The notes beneath the pieces were generated by a model that worked only from the letters and a program-made list of their open reading frames with translations, searched no databases and was not told the DNA's origin. The translations under genes and the position numbers were made by a program. Source: an uncultured archaeon (lineage in GTDB: Archaea; Thermoproteota; Bathyarchaeia; Bathyarchaeales; Bathycorpusculaceae). Taken from it: 64,000 bases of DNA. Shown here in pieces: positions 1 to 10,464 of this stretch. The stretch lies in contig CAWALK010000022.1 of the NCBI GenBank assembly GCA_963782915.1, positions 64,001-128,000 on the forward strand. Reading direction: 5' to 3'. Numbering within the stretch: the first letter of the stretch is position 1; every line of letters begins with the position of its first letter.

Positions 1-174
1 AAAGAATGGAAAACCCTGGAGAACGAAACCAGACCGCAAAATCAAAGTACTACACTATCCATGGTACACAGCGGCGATTTGCCCAGATTATTGTGGGGCC
101 GTAAACATAGGCCAATCCCAAGCTAGTCATTCCAAGCGGATTTTCCTTTAACATCCTTTCATGACTTTACAACT

Positions 175-591
175 ATGAGTTTAGATAGGGAACGTTATCT
201 TCGGGGGTGCCAAGAATGTTTGGAAGCAATCCAGAATTGGCTTGAACAAGAAGTTGTTATGTCGATTCATCCGGAATGGCTTTTTGAAAGCACTAAAAAG
301 ACCCAGAGGGGACCATACTACGATGTATTGAAGAAGATCCTTAAAGTGGATTCAGAACTTGACACGATAAGCACACGGAAGGCAATCTCGGTGTCAGAAT
401 TGCCCGAGACTACAGGGAATACTACAAAAACATCAATCCAACCGATGATTTGCTGTTTAAACTCGCAACTTAGAAATGTGGATATATTCACGTTTATCGA
501 GCGCAAATGGTGCTGCCCCATCTCCAATCCACCAAGTAACATGGGTAAAAACAGACGACAACATCGGCCTACTAGAAATCAAGGACTATGA
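175..591 (+). CDS. Fragment of an upstream protein (possibly polysaccharide-deacetylase-like C-terminus); probably fused by frameshift to the downstream GNAT ORF
   Basis: ORF track; reading frames shift repeatedly in the first 600 nt; the VDIFTFIERKWCC segment appears to continue into the next ORF. Confidence 0.35.
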   Translation: MSLDRERYLRGCQECLEAIQNWLEQEVVMSIHPEWLFESTKKTQRGPYYDVLKKILKVDSELDTISTRKAISVSELPETTGNTTKTSIQPMICCLNSQLRNVDIFTFIERKWCCPISNPPSNMGKNRRQHRPTRNQGL

Positions 592-1240
592 GACTTGGTG
601 GAGCGCCATCGGCAAAAAAACACGTAACATGGTGCGCAAAGCTGAGAAGGACGGCGTAAAGGTTTCAGTTGTCACTCAGAGTGACAAGTTAGCTGAAGGG
701 ATATTCAATATTTATCATGAAACCCCGATTCGCCAAGGCCGTGCTTTTCCACATTACGGCGAATCACTCGAACTAGTCGCCGCCAACATGTATGCAGAGA
801 AAAACTCCACATTCATCGGCGCATACATCGGAGAAGAACTTGTGGGATTCATACAGATACTTCACGGCGACAACATCGCAATACTCTCTAATATCCTGTC
901 GATGCAGAAGCATTGGGACAAATCCGTAAACAACGCACTCTTAGCTAAAGCCGTTGAATTCTGTGCATCCAAGGGTGAGCGGTGGCTAATGTATGGACGC
1001 ATAGGCAACCATCCCTCGCTTGATAAATTTAAGGATAATAATGGGTTTGTCAAGTATCCAATAACCCGCTACTATGTACCCATCACATCCAAAGGCAAAC
1101 TAGCAATTAAGCTGGGTTTGCATAGGGAACTCAAAGATGCCCTGCCGGATTCAATCAAGTATCCGCTTCTGCCAGCGGTAAATTGGGTAAGCCGAACAAA
1201 AACTAAAACAAAAATGGCTCTAAGAAAAACCCGAAGCTAA
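476..1240 (+). CDS. GNAT/FemAB-like acyltransferase associated with the glycan cluster (5' part frameshifted)
   Basis: WW..IGKKTRNMVRKAEKDGV and SLDKFK..GF motifs typical of FemAB/Acetyltransf_6 proteins; adjacent to glycosyltransferases. Confidence 0.65.
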   Translation: MWIYSRLSSANGAAPSPIHQVTWVKTDDNIGLLEIKDYETWWSAIGKKTRNMVRKAEKDGVKVSVVTQSDKLAEGIFNIYHETPIRQGRAFPHYGESLELVAANMYAEKNSTFIGAYIGEELVGFIQILHGDNIAILSNILSMQKHWDKSVNNALLAKAVEFCASKGERWLMYGRIGNHPSLDKFKDNNGFVKYPITRYYVPITSKGKLAIKLGLHRELKDALPDSIKYPLLPAVNWVSRTKTKTKMALRKTRS

Positions 1241-1314
1241 CAGCGGATTGTCCTTGATAGGGAAATCTTGATTAGCCGAAAAAAAGAATAGTGTGACTAA
1301 TTGGTTGGCACTTT

Positions 1315-2457
1315 ATGGCGAAATTCCTCGTTGTTCATCCTAACCTTGACATTTACGGCGGCGGAGAGCGTGTCTGCCACCACATCATCAAAGCCCTCGT
1401 TGCACATGACCAACAGGTAGAGTTGTTATCGTTTGATTTTGACGAGAATCATTACGCCGAAATTATTGGGGAAAAGCTGCCAAGCGGCATAACCATTCGC
1501 ACTTTGGGCAAGCGGGAGATTGTTGAGGCAAAACCGCCTCTATCCGTCTATAAGAGACGCCGAAACATAATCAAACTGCTAAACGCCTACAAGGCAACAG
1601 CAGAGTATGATTACACTTTTAGCACTCAAACACTCTCCGCATTTGAAACAACCCTCTTTGGCAAGGCTAAAAGGAACTTTGCTTACGTTCATTTTCCTGA
1701 AATTCCCTATGACTACGACCACTCCAAACGCAGCAAACGGATGTATCTGTGGCTCTACAAGAAACTGCTTGAACGGCACATCGGCGAATTGGATCTGCTC
1801 TTCTGCAACAGCAATTATACCAAAGCTATGACTGAGAAGTACTGGAACCGATTCGGCATCAAAGAGCCAGTCGTTGCTTATCCGCCTGTTGAGGAGCCTT
1901 TCTGGTCAAGTAAGCCTCTGGAGAAGAGAGTTAATCGTGTAGTGTATATTGCTCGGTTTATTCCGCAAAAACGGCATGAGATACTAAAGCAGTTGGCAGT
2001 CAGTTTTCCACAGCTGCAATTTGCCAGTGTAGGATTGCTCAGGGATACCGAACAAGCTTGGTATGAAGGCTTCTCGAAGGACCTCCCGACCAATTACACC
2101 TTGAAACCTAACCTGCCGGAGAAAGAGCTAACCCAATACCTGCAGGACTCCACCATCTACTGCCACTTAATGGAGGGCGAACACTTCGGAATCGCCCCGA
2201 TGGAGGCCTTGGCAAGCGGCTGCATCACTTTGGCGCATAACAGTGGCGGTAGCGGAGATTTCATACCTGAAGAGTACCGCTGGAATACGCTAGAGGACCT
2301 TAAAGAGAAAATAGCCAAATTAGCGGATTCAAGGTATAGTGTCTCCGCTTGGAACATGAAAAGTAAACTACTGCAGGAAAAGATTGCTGTTTTGAAGCCT
2401 AAGAATTTTGAGGAGCAGATTTGGGTTAACGTGGCAAAGTTGATGGAGCAGTCTTAA
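1315..2457 (+). CDS. Glycosyltransferase family 4, ALG11-like
   Basis: HP....GGGERV, YVHFP, NSNYT, YPP and EHFGI..MEA motifs. Confidence 0.85.
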   Translation: MAKFLVVHPNLDIYGGGERVCHHIIKALVAHDQQVELLSFDFDENHYAEIIGEKLPSGITIRTLGKREIVEAKPPLSVYKRRRNIIKLLNAYKATAEYDYTFSTQTLSAFETTLFGKAKRNFAYVHFPEIPYDYDHSKRSKRMYLWLYKKLLERHIGELDLLFCNSNYTKAMTEKYWNRFGIKEPVVAYPPVEEPFWSSKPLEKRVNRVVYIARFIPQKRHEILKQLAVSFPQLQFASVGLLRDTEQAWYEGFSKDLPTNYTLKPNLPEKELTQYLQDSTIYCHLMEGEHFGIAPMEALASGCITLAHNSGGSGDFIPEEYRWNTLEDLKEKIAKLADSRYSVSAWNMKSKLLQEKIAVLKPKNFEEQIWVNVAKLMEQS

Positions 2458-2458
2458 C

Positions 2459-3427
2459 GTGGCATTGGACACATGTGTTGTCATCGTTAACTGGAACGGC
2501 CGAGAGTTACTCAAAAAGTGCCTTAGTTCCTTGTTTGCTAACACCTCCGACACCAGTTGCAGGGTAGTTGTTGTAGATAATGACAGTCGTGACGGTTCAG
2601 CCGACATGGTTGAGCAGAGTTATCCTCAGGTTAAACTATTCAGGAACTCAGTTAATGTCGGTTTTTCGAAGGCCAATAACAGGGGCATACGATATGCCCT
2701 ACAGAACGGCGCAAAATATGTCATGTTACTAAATAACGATGTTGAGATAACCGACAAAACATGGCTCGAAGAATTCACCAGTGTAATGGAATCCGACAGC
2801 AAAATGGGCATTGTAGGATGCAAACTTGTCTTTCCCGACGGAACTCTACAGCATGCTGGTGGATTAGTCAAGCTCCGTGTACCCTCTCATAGAGGAGAAT
2901 GCGAGAAAGACAAAGGCCAATATAACCGCTTCGAACTTGTTGATTATGTGACAGGTGCAGCTCTAATGATAAAGGCAGAAACCATCCGAAAAATAGGACT
3001 CTTAGACGAAGGATACTCACCGCTCTATTATGAAGACACAGACTGGTGCGTAAGAGCAAAACTATATGGATACACCATCGCATACACGCCAAAGCCCACC
3101 CTGATTCATCACTGCGGCGCATCAAGCAACAAGCTAGGCAGCGAACACAAAAAATTCTACGCCAAAAGAAGCTTCATCCGCTTTGTACTCTTAAACTACC
3201 AAACCAAAGACATCCTCAAAAGGACATTATGGTTTGAGTCCAGAGAAGTCATCAGGTGCTTTGTGGTTAAGCCTAAACGTGGACTATTGCCGCTTACTCT
3301 GAGGTCTGATGCTGCATTCAGATTAACGCTTTTTTGGCGGCCTTGGTGGGCAAACATAGGCAACCTCAAAGAAATAGTGTATTTGAGGCGTCAGCGTTTC
3401 ATTTATGGCACAAAACTGCATGTTTAG
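2459..3427 (+). CDS. Glycosyltransferase family 2 (WbbL/rhamnosyltransferase-like)
   Basis: VIVNWNG, VVDNDS.DGS, LLNND, GAALMI, YYEDTDWC motifs. Confidence 0.9.
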   Translation: MALDTCVVIVNWNGRELLKKCLSSLFANTSDTSCRVVVVDNDSRDGSADMVEQSYPQVKLFRNSVNVGFSKANNRGIRYALQNGAKYVMLLNNDVEITDKTWLEEFTSVMESDSKMGIVGCKLVFPDGTLQHAGGLVKLRVPSHRGECEKDKGQYNRFELVDYVTGAALMIKAETIRKIGLLDEGYSPLYYEDTDWCVRAKLYGYTIAYTPKPTLIHHCGASSNKLGSEHKKFYAKRSFIRFVLLNYQTKDILKRTLWFESREVIRCFVVKPKRGLLPLTLRSDAAFRLTLFWRPWWANIGNLKEIVYLRRQRFIYGTKLHV

Positions 3428-3447
3428 GATTCAACAAATGGATTAGG

Positions 3448-4605
3448 CTATAAGACCTTACGGTAAACATCGGCTATCTCGCCTGCTACCTTGTTTGCTT
3501 CAAAGCGTTCTAATACCCATTTACGACCATTATCGCCGTAGTTATCTCTTAATTTCTTATTACTCGATAGCTCTTCAAGAGCAGAGGATAGGGCAGCGGG
3601 ATTATGGGGTTCAACCAAAAGGCCAGTGCTATGATCCTTAACTACTTCAGGTATAGAGCCACTCCAAGTGGAAACAACGGGTTTAGCGCAAGCCATCCCC
3701 TCGACTAGTGAATTACCAAATTGTTCGGCCCAAAACTTTGTTTCCGCACTGGGCAAACAGAAAATGTCAGCTATATTGTGAATTACAGGCATTTCAGCGT
3801 ATTTTATGGAGCCTAAAAACTTGACTTTATCATTAATCATGAGTTTTGTGGTTTGTTTGTGTATTTGCTCGGTCATTTCGAGGGTGCCGGAACCAGCTAT
3901 TAGTAGTTCAAGGTTGACATTGTTTTTTTGTATAGTTGAGAAGGCGTTGAGAAGATCGAATATGCCTTTTTCTTCAACGAATCGGCCTACAAATAGGATT
4001 TTAAGAGTGGAGTCGGTGAGACCGAGTCGCTGCATTGTTTTAGGGTCCTTACTGGCTGGTTTGAATAAGTCGCAGTCTATACCTGAAGGTATAACCGAGA
4101 TACGATTAGGGTCTGTTCCTTCAGTGATTAGCATCTGTCGCGCTTTTTCTGTTATTGCGATAAAATGAGCTACATGTTCTCGGTTGTACTTTTTTATTTT
4201 TGAGTATGGGCGCCCTTCATGTATAAAGGGGATGTTTTCCCATTCTGTTGTTACTGTGGGGATTCCTGTTTTTACTGCTTGGTAAGTGAAGGGGTACCAA
4301 GAATCGGCTGAGTGAAGTACATCTAAGTCTTTAGTTAATCCTTTTAGATTATTTACTTTGAAGTAGAACGATTTGAAGTTATAGCCTGTTAATTCTGTTG
4401 CTACTCCTAATGCTAATCCGAGTTTTCCTCTTGTTACTGTGTTAAAGTTGCTTCCAATTCGGAGCTGTAAAGGAACCTCTTGCTTAACGGGATTATCGGA
4501 GGTGGTGATACCTACCGGCTGAAACCCATAATTGGGGAGTTTATTAAAAAAGTGTCCTTCAGATGGACCCAGACCTGAGCCTCTTAGAATGCCTACTTTA
4601 TACAA
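3448..4605 (-). CDS. Glycosyltransferase family 4
   Basis: FVGRFVEEKG and EQFGNSLVEGMAC (ExxxxxxxE) motifs. Confidence 0.9.
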   Translation of the reverse strand: MYKVGILRGSGLGPSEGHFFNKLPNYGFQPVGITTSDNPVKQEVPLQLRIGSNFNTVTRGKLGLALGVATELTGYNFKSFYFKVNNLKGLTKDLDVLHSADSWYPFTYQAVKTGIPTVTTEWENIPFIHEGRPYSKIKKYNREHVAHFIAITEKARQMLITEGTDPNRISVIPSGIDCDLFKPASKDPKTMQRLGLTDSTLKILFVGRFVEEKGIFDLLNAFSTIQKNNVNLELLIAGSGTLEMTEQIHKQTTKLMINDKVKFLGSIKYAEMPVIHNIADIFCLPSAETKFWAEQFGNSLVEGMACAKPVVSTWSGSIPEVVKDHSTGLLVEPHNPAALSSALEELSSNKKLRDNYGDNGRKWVLERFEANKVAGEIADVYRKVL

Positions 4606-4684
4606 GAATCAGCCAGCCACCGAGCAAATGTTTCATTGTAGACTCAATATGTTAACTGAAATAATAATTTATCACACGCTGAGA

Positions 4685-4954
4685 TTATAGCAGCAGCTTA
4701 ACCAGATAGTCCATGAGTTCGGTTTTGCTTTTCATGCCGCGGAAAATGGCTTTGCCGCTTGCGTAGAGCCGAAAAGAAACCCCTTCATACGTTAACTCAA
4801 AGATGATGCCGGCGATGGTGTTTTTGAGGGTAGCTCTTTTCATTATTATGGCGATGGCTTCATCTTTTTTTTCATACTTGAAATTGACTATAACGTCGCT
4901 TTCTGCTCCACAAGTACCCTCAATACGGGAAACGTAGTCTGTGACCGTGGACAT
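4685..4954 (-). CDS. Small protein resembling the C-terminal domain of long MoeB/ThiF proteins
   Basis: Start abuts the sufS stop; N-terminal TCG and C-terminal FRLYASGKAIFRG pattern. Confidence 0.55.
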   Translation of the reverse strand: MSTVTDYVSRIEGTCGAESDVIVNFKYEKKDEAIAIIMKRATLKNTIAGIIFELTYEGVSFRLYASGKAIFRGMKSKTELMDYLVKLLL

Positions 4955-6176
4955 TAGAGTTTGTCGAGCTCCCCAAGGATTTCTACAAATCGGTCTATTT
5001 CTTTTTTTGTATTGTAGAGGTAGAAGCTTGCCCGAGCTGAAGAGGACAGCTTGAAGATTTCGTGGAGGGGTTGTGCACAGTGGTAGCCGCTTCGGAGCAT
5101 TACGCCGTAGTTGTCGAAGAATAGTGCGATGTCATGGCTGGACATGCCTTTGATGCCGAACGGTATTATGCCGCATTTTTTGGATGATGTCGCTTGGGCC
5201 GTAGATTGTTGTTTTGCTGCATTCTTTCATGCGTTCAGTGGCATATCGGGTTAGTTCTTTCTCGTGACTAAAAACAGCATCCATTCCCAGTGCTTCGAGG
5301 TATTTGATGGCTGCGCCTAAACCGACTGCGCCACAGATGTTCGGTGTACCTGCCTCGAATTTGTATGGCAACTCATTCCATGATACATTGCATTGGCCTT
5401 GGCGGACTGAGACTTCCCGTATCATTTCGCCTCCGCCTTGGAAGGGAGACATTTTTTGGAGAATCTCTTTTTTGCCGTATAATGCGCCGATGCCTGTTGG
5501 TCCAAGCATCTTGTGGCCAGAGAAGGCGAGAAAATCCGCATCCAAGTCTTGGACGTCGATTTTCATGTGGGGCACGGATTGGGCTGCGTCAACGAGCATT
5601 AATGCGCCATTGTCATGGGCTGCTTTGCCTATGCGTTTAACGTCGTTTATGACGCCTGTGACGTTTGAGACGTGGCTTAGGCAACAAATTTTTGTTTTAC
5701 TGGTGATTTTGCTTTCGTAATCTGCATAGTCAAGGGTGCCGTCGTTCGTTGACGTTTGCGTATTTGATTGTGAAGCCCTTGATTTTTGCGGTGATTTCCC
5801 ATGGCACGATGTTGCTGTGGTGCTCCATGAGGGAAACCAGCACTTCGTCCCCTTTGCCTAAGTTCTGTAGTCCCCATGAGTAGGCGACTAAGTTTATGGC
5901 TTCAGTTGTGCCCCGCACGAAGATGACTTCGCCTGTGGATTTGGCGTTTATGAAGCGGACTACGCATTCGCGGCCTCTTTCATAGAGGTCAGTTGCTTCC
6001 GCACTAAGCGTGTGGACGCCTCGGTGGACGTTGCCGTTATGGTTTTCGTAGTAGTCGGTTATGGCGTCGATGACTTGGCGGGGTTTCTGGGTCGTAGCTG
6101 CATTGTCAAAATAGATAAGGGGATAGCCGTTGATCTTCCTGTTTAAAATGGGGAAGTCTTGGCGGTGGGCTTCCAT
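4954..6176 (-). CDS. sufS: Class II cysteine desulfurase SufS (two apparent frameshifts)
   Basis: YFDNAATTQKP, EHHSN, DAAQS, FSGHKMLGPTG and RSGYHCAQP spread over three consecutive frames. Confidence 0.9.
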
Positions 6177-6181
6177 GGATG

Positions 6182-6694
6182 TTATTGTTTTTCTGCCTCA
6201 GGTTTTAGCCTCTTAGAGAGTGTTTTTGCCAGTTCCTCTTCTTCGAGTGCCTGTTTTTCTTCGAAGGTGTGCTCTTTTGATAGCCATGTTGGGAGTTCTG
6301 CGCCTTTTTGGGTGAAGTATTGGCGTATGGCGCGTTTGAGTGCGCCGACGGCTAGGACTCCGCAGTGGAATTTGACGCTTGGTAAGCCGCCGATTTCGTC
6401 GGTGACTTTTTTCCATGTGATCTCGTTCCATGCGACTTCAAGTGTTAGGCCTTTGATCATTTCGGTGACTATGCTGGATGTGGCGATGTTGGCGGCGCAT
6501 CCGTAGCTTTCAAACTGGGCTTTTTCGATGACTTGTTTGGGTTCGTCGATTTTTAGGTAGAAAGTGATCATGTCTCCGCATGCAGGGTTACCTGCGACGG
6601 CGACGACTGTTGCATCTTCCATTTTGCCCAAGTTTTTGGGGTTGCGGAATAAATCCATGACTTTAGGGTTATACGGTAAGGGTATACGTGACAT
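6182..6694 (-). CDS. iscU: IscU/NifU-type Fe-S scaffold with C-terminal extension
   Basis: GNPACGD, GCAANIA, LPSVKFHC; ATG at 6694. Confidence 0.9.
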   Translation of the reverse strand: MSRIPLPYNPKVMDLFRNPKNLGKMEDATVVAVAGNPACGDMITFYLKIDEPKQVIEKAQFESYGCAANIATSSIVTEMIKGLTLEVAWNEITWKKVTDEIGGLPSVKFHCGVLAVGALKRAIRQYFTQKGAELPTWLSKEHTFEEKQALEEEELAKTLSKRLKPEAEKQ

Positions 6695-6696
6695 AT

Positions 6697-7921
6697 TTAA
6701 TGCACTCCTGTTGAGCCAACTATCCCTCTGATACGATTCACTGCTGATGGTAAGACTTTCAGAACGTAGGCTATATCTTCTTCTGTGTGGTTTCGGGTGA
6801 CTTTCATGAGGATGCTGCCGTGTGCTTCTTCGAAGATGCGTCCGATGGCGATTAAGACGTGGCTGGGTTGCAGTAAGCGTCGGCTGCATGCGCTTCCGCT
6901 GGATACGTAGACGCCTTTGAGGCTGAGTTCGATGGTTAGGGCTTCTCCTTCGGCGCGTAGGATGCTGACGTTGGCGTTGTCTGGGCTGCGTTTGTCGCCT
7001 TTTGGTCCGTTAAAGCGTAGGTCTGGTAGTTCAGCGAATATGCCATCGACTAGTTTGTCGCGGAGCATGCGCATTTTGGCGGTGTTAGCTTCAAAGTTGG
7101 CGAATGCGAGTTCGGAGGCTTTGGTGAAGCCAACGATTAGCGGAGTGTTTTCTACGCCTGGCCAAAGTTTTTGTGTGCCGATTGGCCCTTCGAGGATGCG
7201 TTCGAGGTTTACGCCTTCTTTGAGGTACATGGCGCCCATGCCTCGGGGGCCTTGGATTTTGTAGCTGCTGACTGTTGCCATGTCTACGCCTAAGGTTTGT
7301 ACGTTTAGGGGTATTCTGCCGTAGGCGTCTGAGGCGTCTGTGTGGAATAGTGTGTTTGGGTTTTTTGTTTTGACGATGTCGACTGCTTCTTTGATGGGTT
7401 GTATGGTGCCGATTTCGTTGTTTACGCTTTGAGATGCTGACCAATGCGGTGTCGTTGTCGACGGCTTCTTTGAGTATCTCGAGGTTGACGAAGCCTTCGC
7501 GGTTTACTGGAATTTTCTGTGTGATGAAGCCGAATTTGCCCATCATTTCGGCGACTTGCAGTACGTTGATGGGTTCGATTTCGCTGATGACGATTTTTTT
7601 GGCTTTGCCTTTTTGTAAGAAGCAGCTGCCCATTATGGCGAGGTTGTTGGCTTCTGTTTCGCCTGGTGTGAATGTGATTTCTTCTAGGTTTTTTGCGCCG
7701 AGGTAGCCGCTGACTTTGCTAAAGCAGCCCATGAGGGTTTCGAATGCTTCCCAGCCTGGCTTGTGGGTGAGTGTGGGGTTAGCGTAGGCTTTTTTGTTCC
7801 AGTAGGGCAGCATGGCGTCTATGACTTCTTGGGGAACGATGCTGGAGTTTTCGTTGTCGAGGTACACCTCGTGGGTGATGCCTTCGTGTAGTTTGAGTAG
7901 TTCTTTTACGTTTTCAACCAT
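6697..7921 (-). CDS. iscS: Class I IscS/NifS-like cysteine desulfurase, atypical active site (frameshift near 7430)
   Basis: YLDN, FTPGETEANN, SSYK.QGP.G.G, SSGSACS; two frames join. Confidence 0.85.
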
Positions 7922-8179
7922 ACAGTATCCTACCATAAGTTTTGTGGATAGATAACTCGTCACTTTGCTAGTGCGTGTTCAAGTAAAAAAACCTAACCAC
8001 AAAACGCCTCAGACAGACCGCTTGAGTAACAAGCGCTGAATCAAAATCGACAATCAATTGTTGACTTGCCCTTGTCAATCCAAGGTGGCTAAACAGGCAA
8101 AAAATACTCGGGCGGCTAAAAAACCCTAATAAACCCATAGGGCATAGATACGACAATCAAAATTATTCGGCGAAATCCA

Positions 8180-10464
8180 GTGAAGATTGCAGAGTTATCA
8201 GTACTAGATTCAGTCAAAGAAGTCCTAGCGGGCGTAGGCATATGCGAGTTGTTCCCGCCCCAAGAGGAATGCATACGCAACGGAGTGCTCACAGGGCAAA
8301 ATATCTTGCTTGCCAGCCCCACTGCTTCGGGTAAAACTTTGATTGCTGAACTCTGCGCCATGAAGCATGTTTTGGAGAATAATGGCAAAGTCATCTATCT
8401 CTCGCCGCTAAGGGCGTTGGCGAGTGAGAAGTATGAGGAATTCAAAAAGTATTGCTCTATCACTAAAGTTAACGGCAGGAAAGTGAGTGTCGGAATCAGC
8501 ACAGGTGACTTCGACACCGCCGACAATTGGCTTGAACGCTATGACGTAATCATCACCACCAACGAGAAGGCAGATTCGCTTCTCCGACATCGCGCCAAAT
8601 GGATGGAAAGCATCAGCGCAGTCATAGCCGACGAAGTGCATCTCCTAAACGATGGTGGGCGCGGTCCGACACTCGAAATCGTTTTGGCACGGCTGATGCA
8701 GTGCAACCCAAACATCCAAATCCTCGCCCTATCCGCCACAATCAGCAACGTGGACGAAATCGCAGGTTGGCTAAACGCTAAATCCATCGTCACCACATGG
8801 CGCCCCATCAACCTCAAAGAAGGCGTAATCTTACAAGACGAAATCAGCTATAAGGATGGCGAATCACGCAAGATTGAGCGGGAAACCAGCTTTACAGTCA
8901 TAAACTTGGTTCTAAACACCCTTCGCAACGGTGGTCAAGCATTGATTTTTGCGTCTACCCGCAAGAACGCTGTTTCTGCTGCAAAGCAGGTTGCCAGCCA
9001 TATGGACAAGGTGTTGGTGCCTAAGAGTGGCTCAAAGATTGTTAAGAAGGGTCTTGAAGAGCAAACCAGAGGACCACTGGAAAAAGAAGCCAAAAAAATT
9101 CTTGAGGCTGGCGAACATACACAGATGAGTGAGGAACTCGCCGATTTAGTCCGCTGCGCTACGGCTTATCATCATGCAGGGTTGTCGGGTGCCCACCGAA
9201 AAATCATAGAGGATGCGTTTAAGGAGCGAAAAATCAAGGTTTTAACTGCCACTCCAACGTTGGCTTGGGGCGTCAACTTACCCGCAAGAACAGTCATCAT
9301 TCAGGATTACCGCCGCTTCGAAGCAGGCTTAGGCAACTACCCCATCCCCGTCTTAGACTACAAGCAGATGGCTGGGCGTGCAGGCAGACCGAAATATGAC
9401 AAATTCGGCGAATCCGTCATAATCGCCAAAACCGCCGACGAAGCAGACTACCTCATGGAAAGCTACGTCATGGCTAAACCCGAACGCATCTGGTCACGCC
9501 TCGCAGTCGAAAAAATCATCCGCACCCACGTACTCTCAACCATCGCCAGCGACTACGCCCACACCGAAGAAGGCATCTACGAATTCTTCCGTAAAACCTT
9601 CTACGCCTACCAATACGACGTAAAAGCCATCCAAGCGTCATCAACAAAATCCTGCGCTTCCTCCATGACGAAGAAATGATATGCGTCGTCGGCGACCAAA
9701 TCCTAGCCACCAAATTCGGCAAACGCATAAGCGAACTCTACATTGACCCACTCAGCGGCGTCATCATACGAGACGCACTCCAAACCAAACCGCCAACCCT
9801 AACAGAATTCAGCCTACTCCAGCTAATCGCGCATACACCCGACATGGGACCCATCATGCGCCCCTACCAACGTGAAGTTGACAAGTTATCGCTTGAATTA
9901 GAAGACCACCGAGGGGAACTCTTCGTTGAAGTCCCAGAACAAGCAGGCGACTACGTGGGTTACGCAGAGTTCTTAGGCGAAGTCAAAACCGCCATGGTCA
10001 TGAACAGTTGGATCGACGAATTACCCGAAGACAAAATACTGGAACGCTTCAATGTACAACCAGGCGATTTATACCGCACTATCGAAAACGCCAAATGGCT
10101 CCTGCATGCCATCGAAGAAATCTCGCCAGTCATCGCTAAAAACAAAGAAGTCACCGCACTCAGCACAGAACTGGTTGAGCGGGTTTCAAAGGGCATAAAA
10201 CAGGAACTCATGCCCATCGTTGCAATAGAAGGCGTCGGCAGAGTCAGAGGACGCATCATCTTTAACTCAGGTTTCCAAACCGTTGAAGACCTCAAAAAAG
10301 CTTCAATAGAAGAATTAACCGCATTGCCCTCTGTTGGTCCGAGATTGGCTAAGAAAATTAAGGAGCAAGTCGGCGGATACATAAAGAAGGATGAATGGGA
10401 AAGCCTCAGCAAAGCCAGTAAAGCGCCTGAGGAAGCCCAACAAAAAGGGCTTTTTGACTTCTAA
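8180..10464 (+). CDS. hel308: Ski2-like DNA helicase Hel308/Hjm (frameshift near 9630)
   Basis: PTASGKT, DEVH, LSAT, YHHAGL, QMAGRAGRP, C-terminal HhH. Confidence 0.92.
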
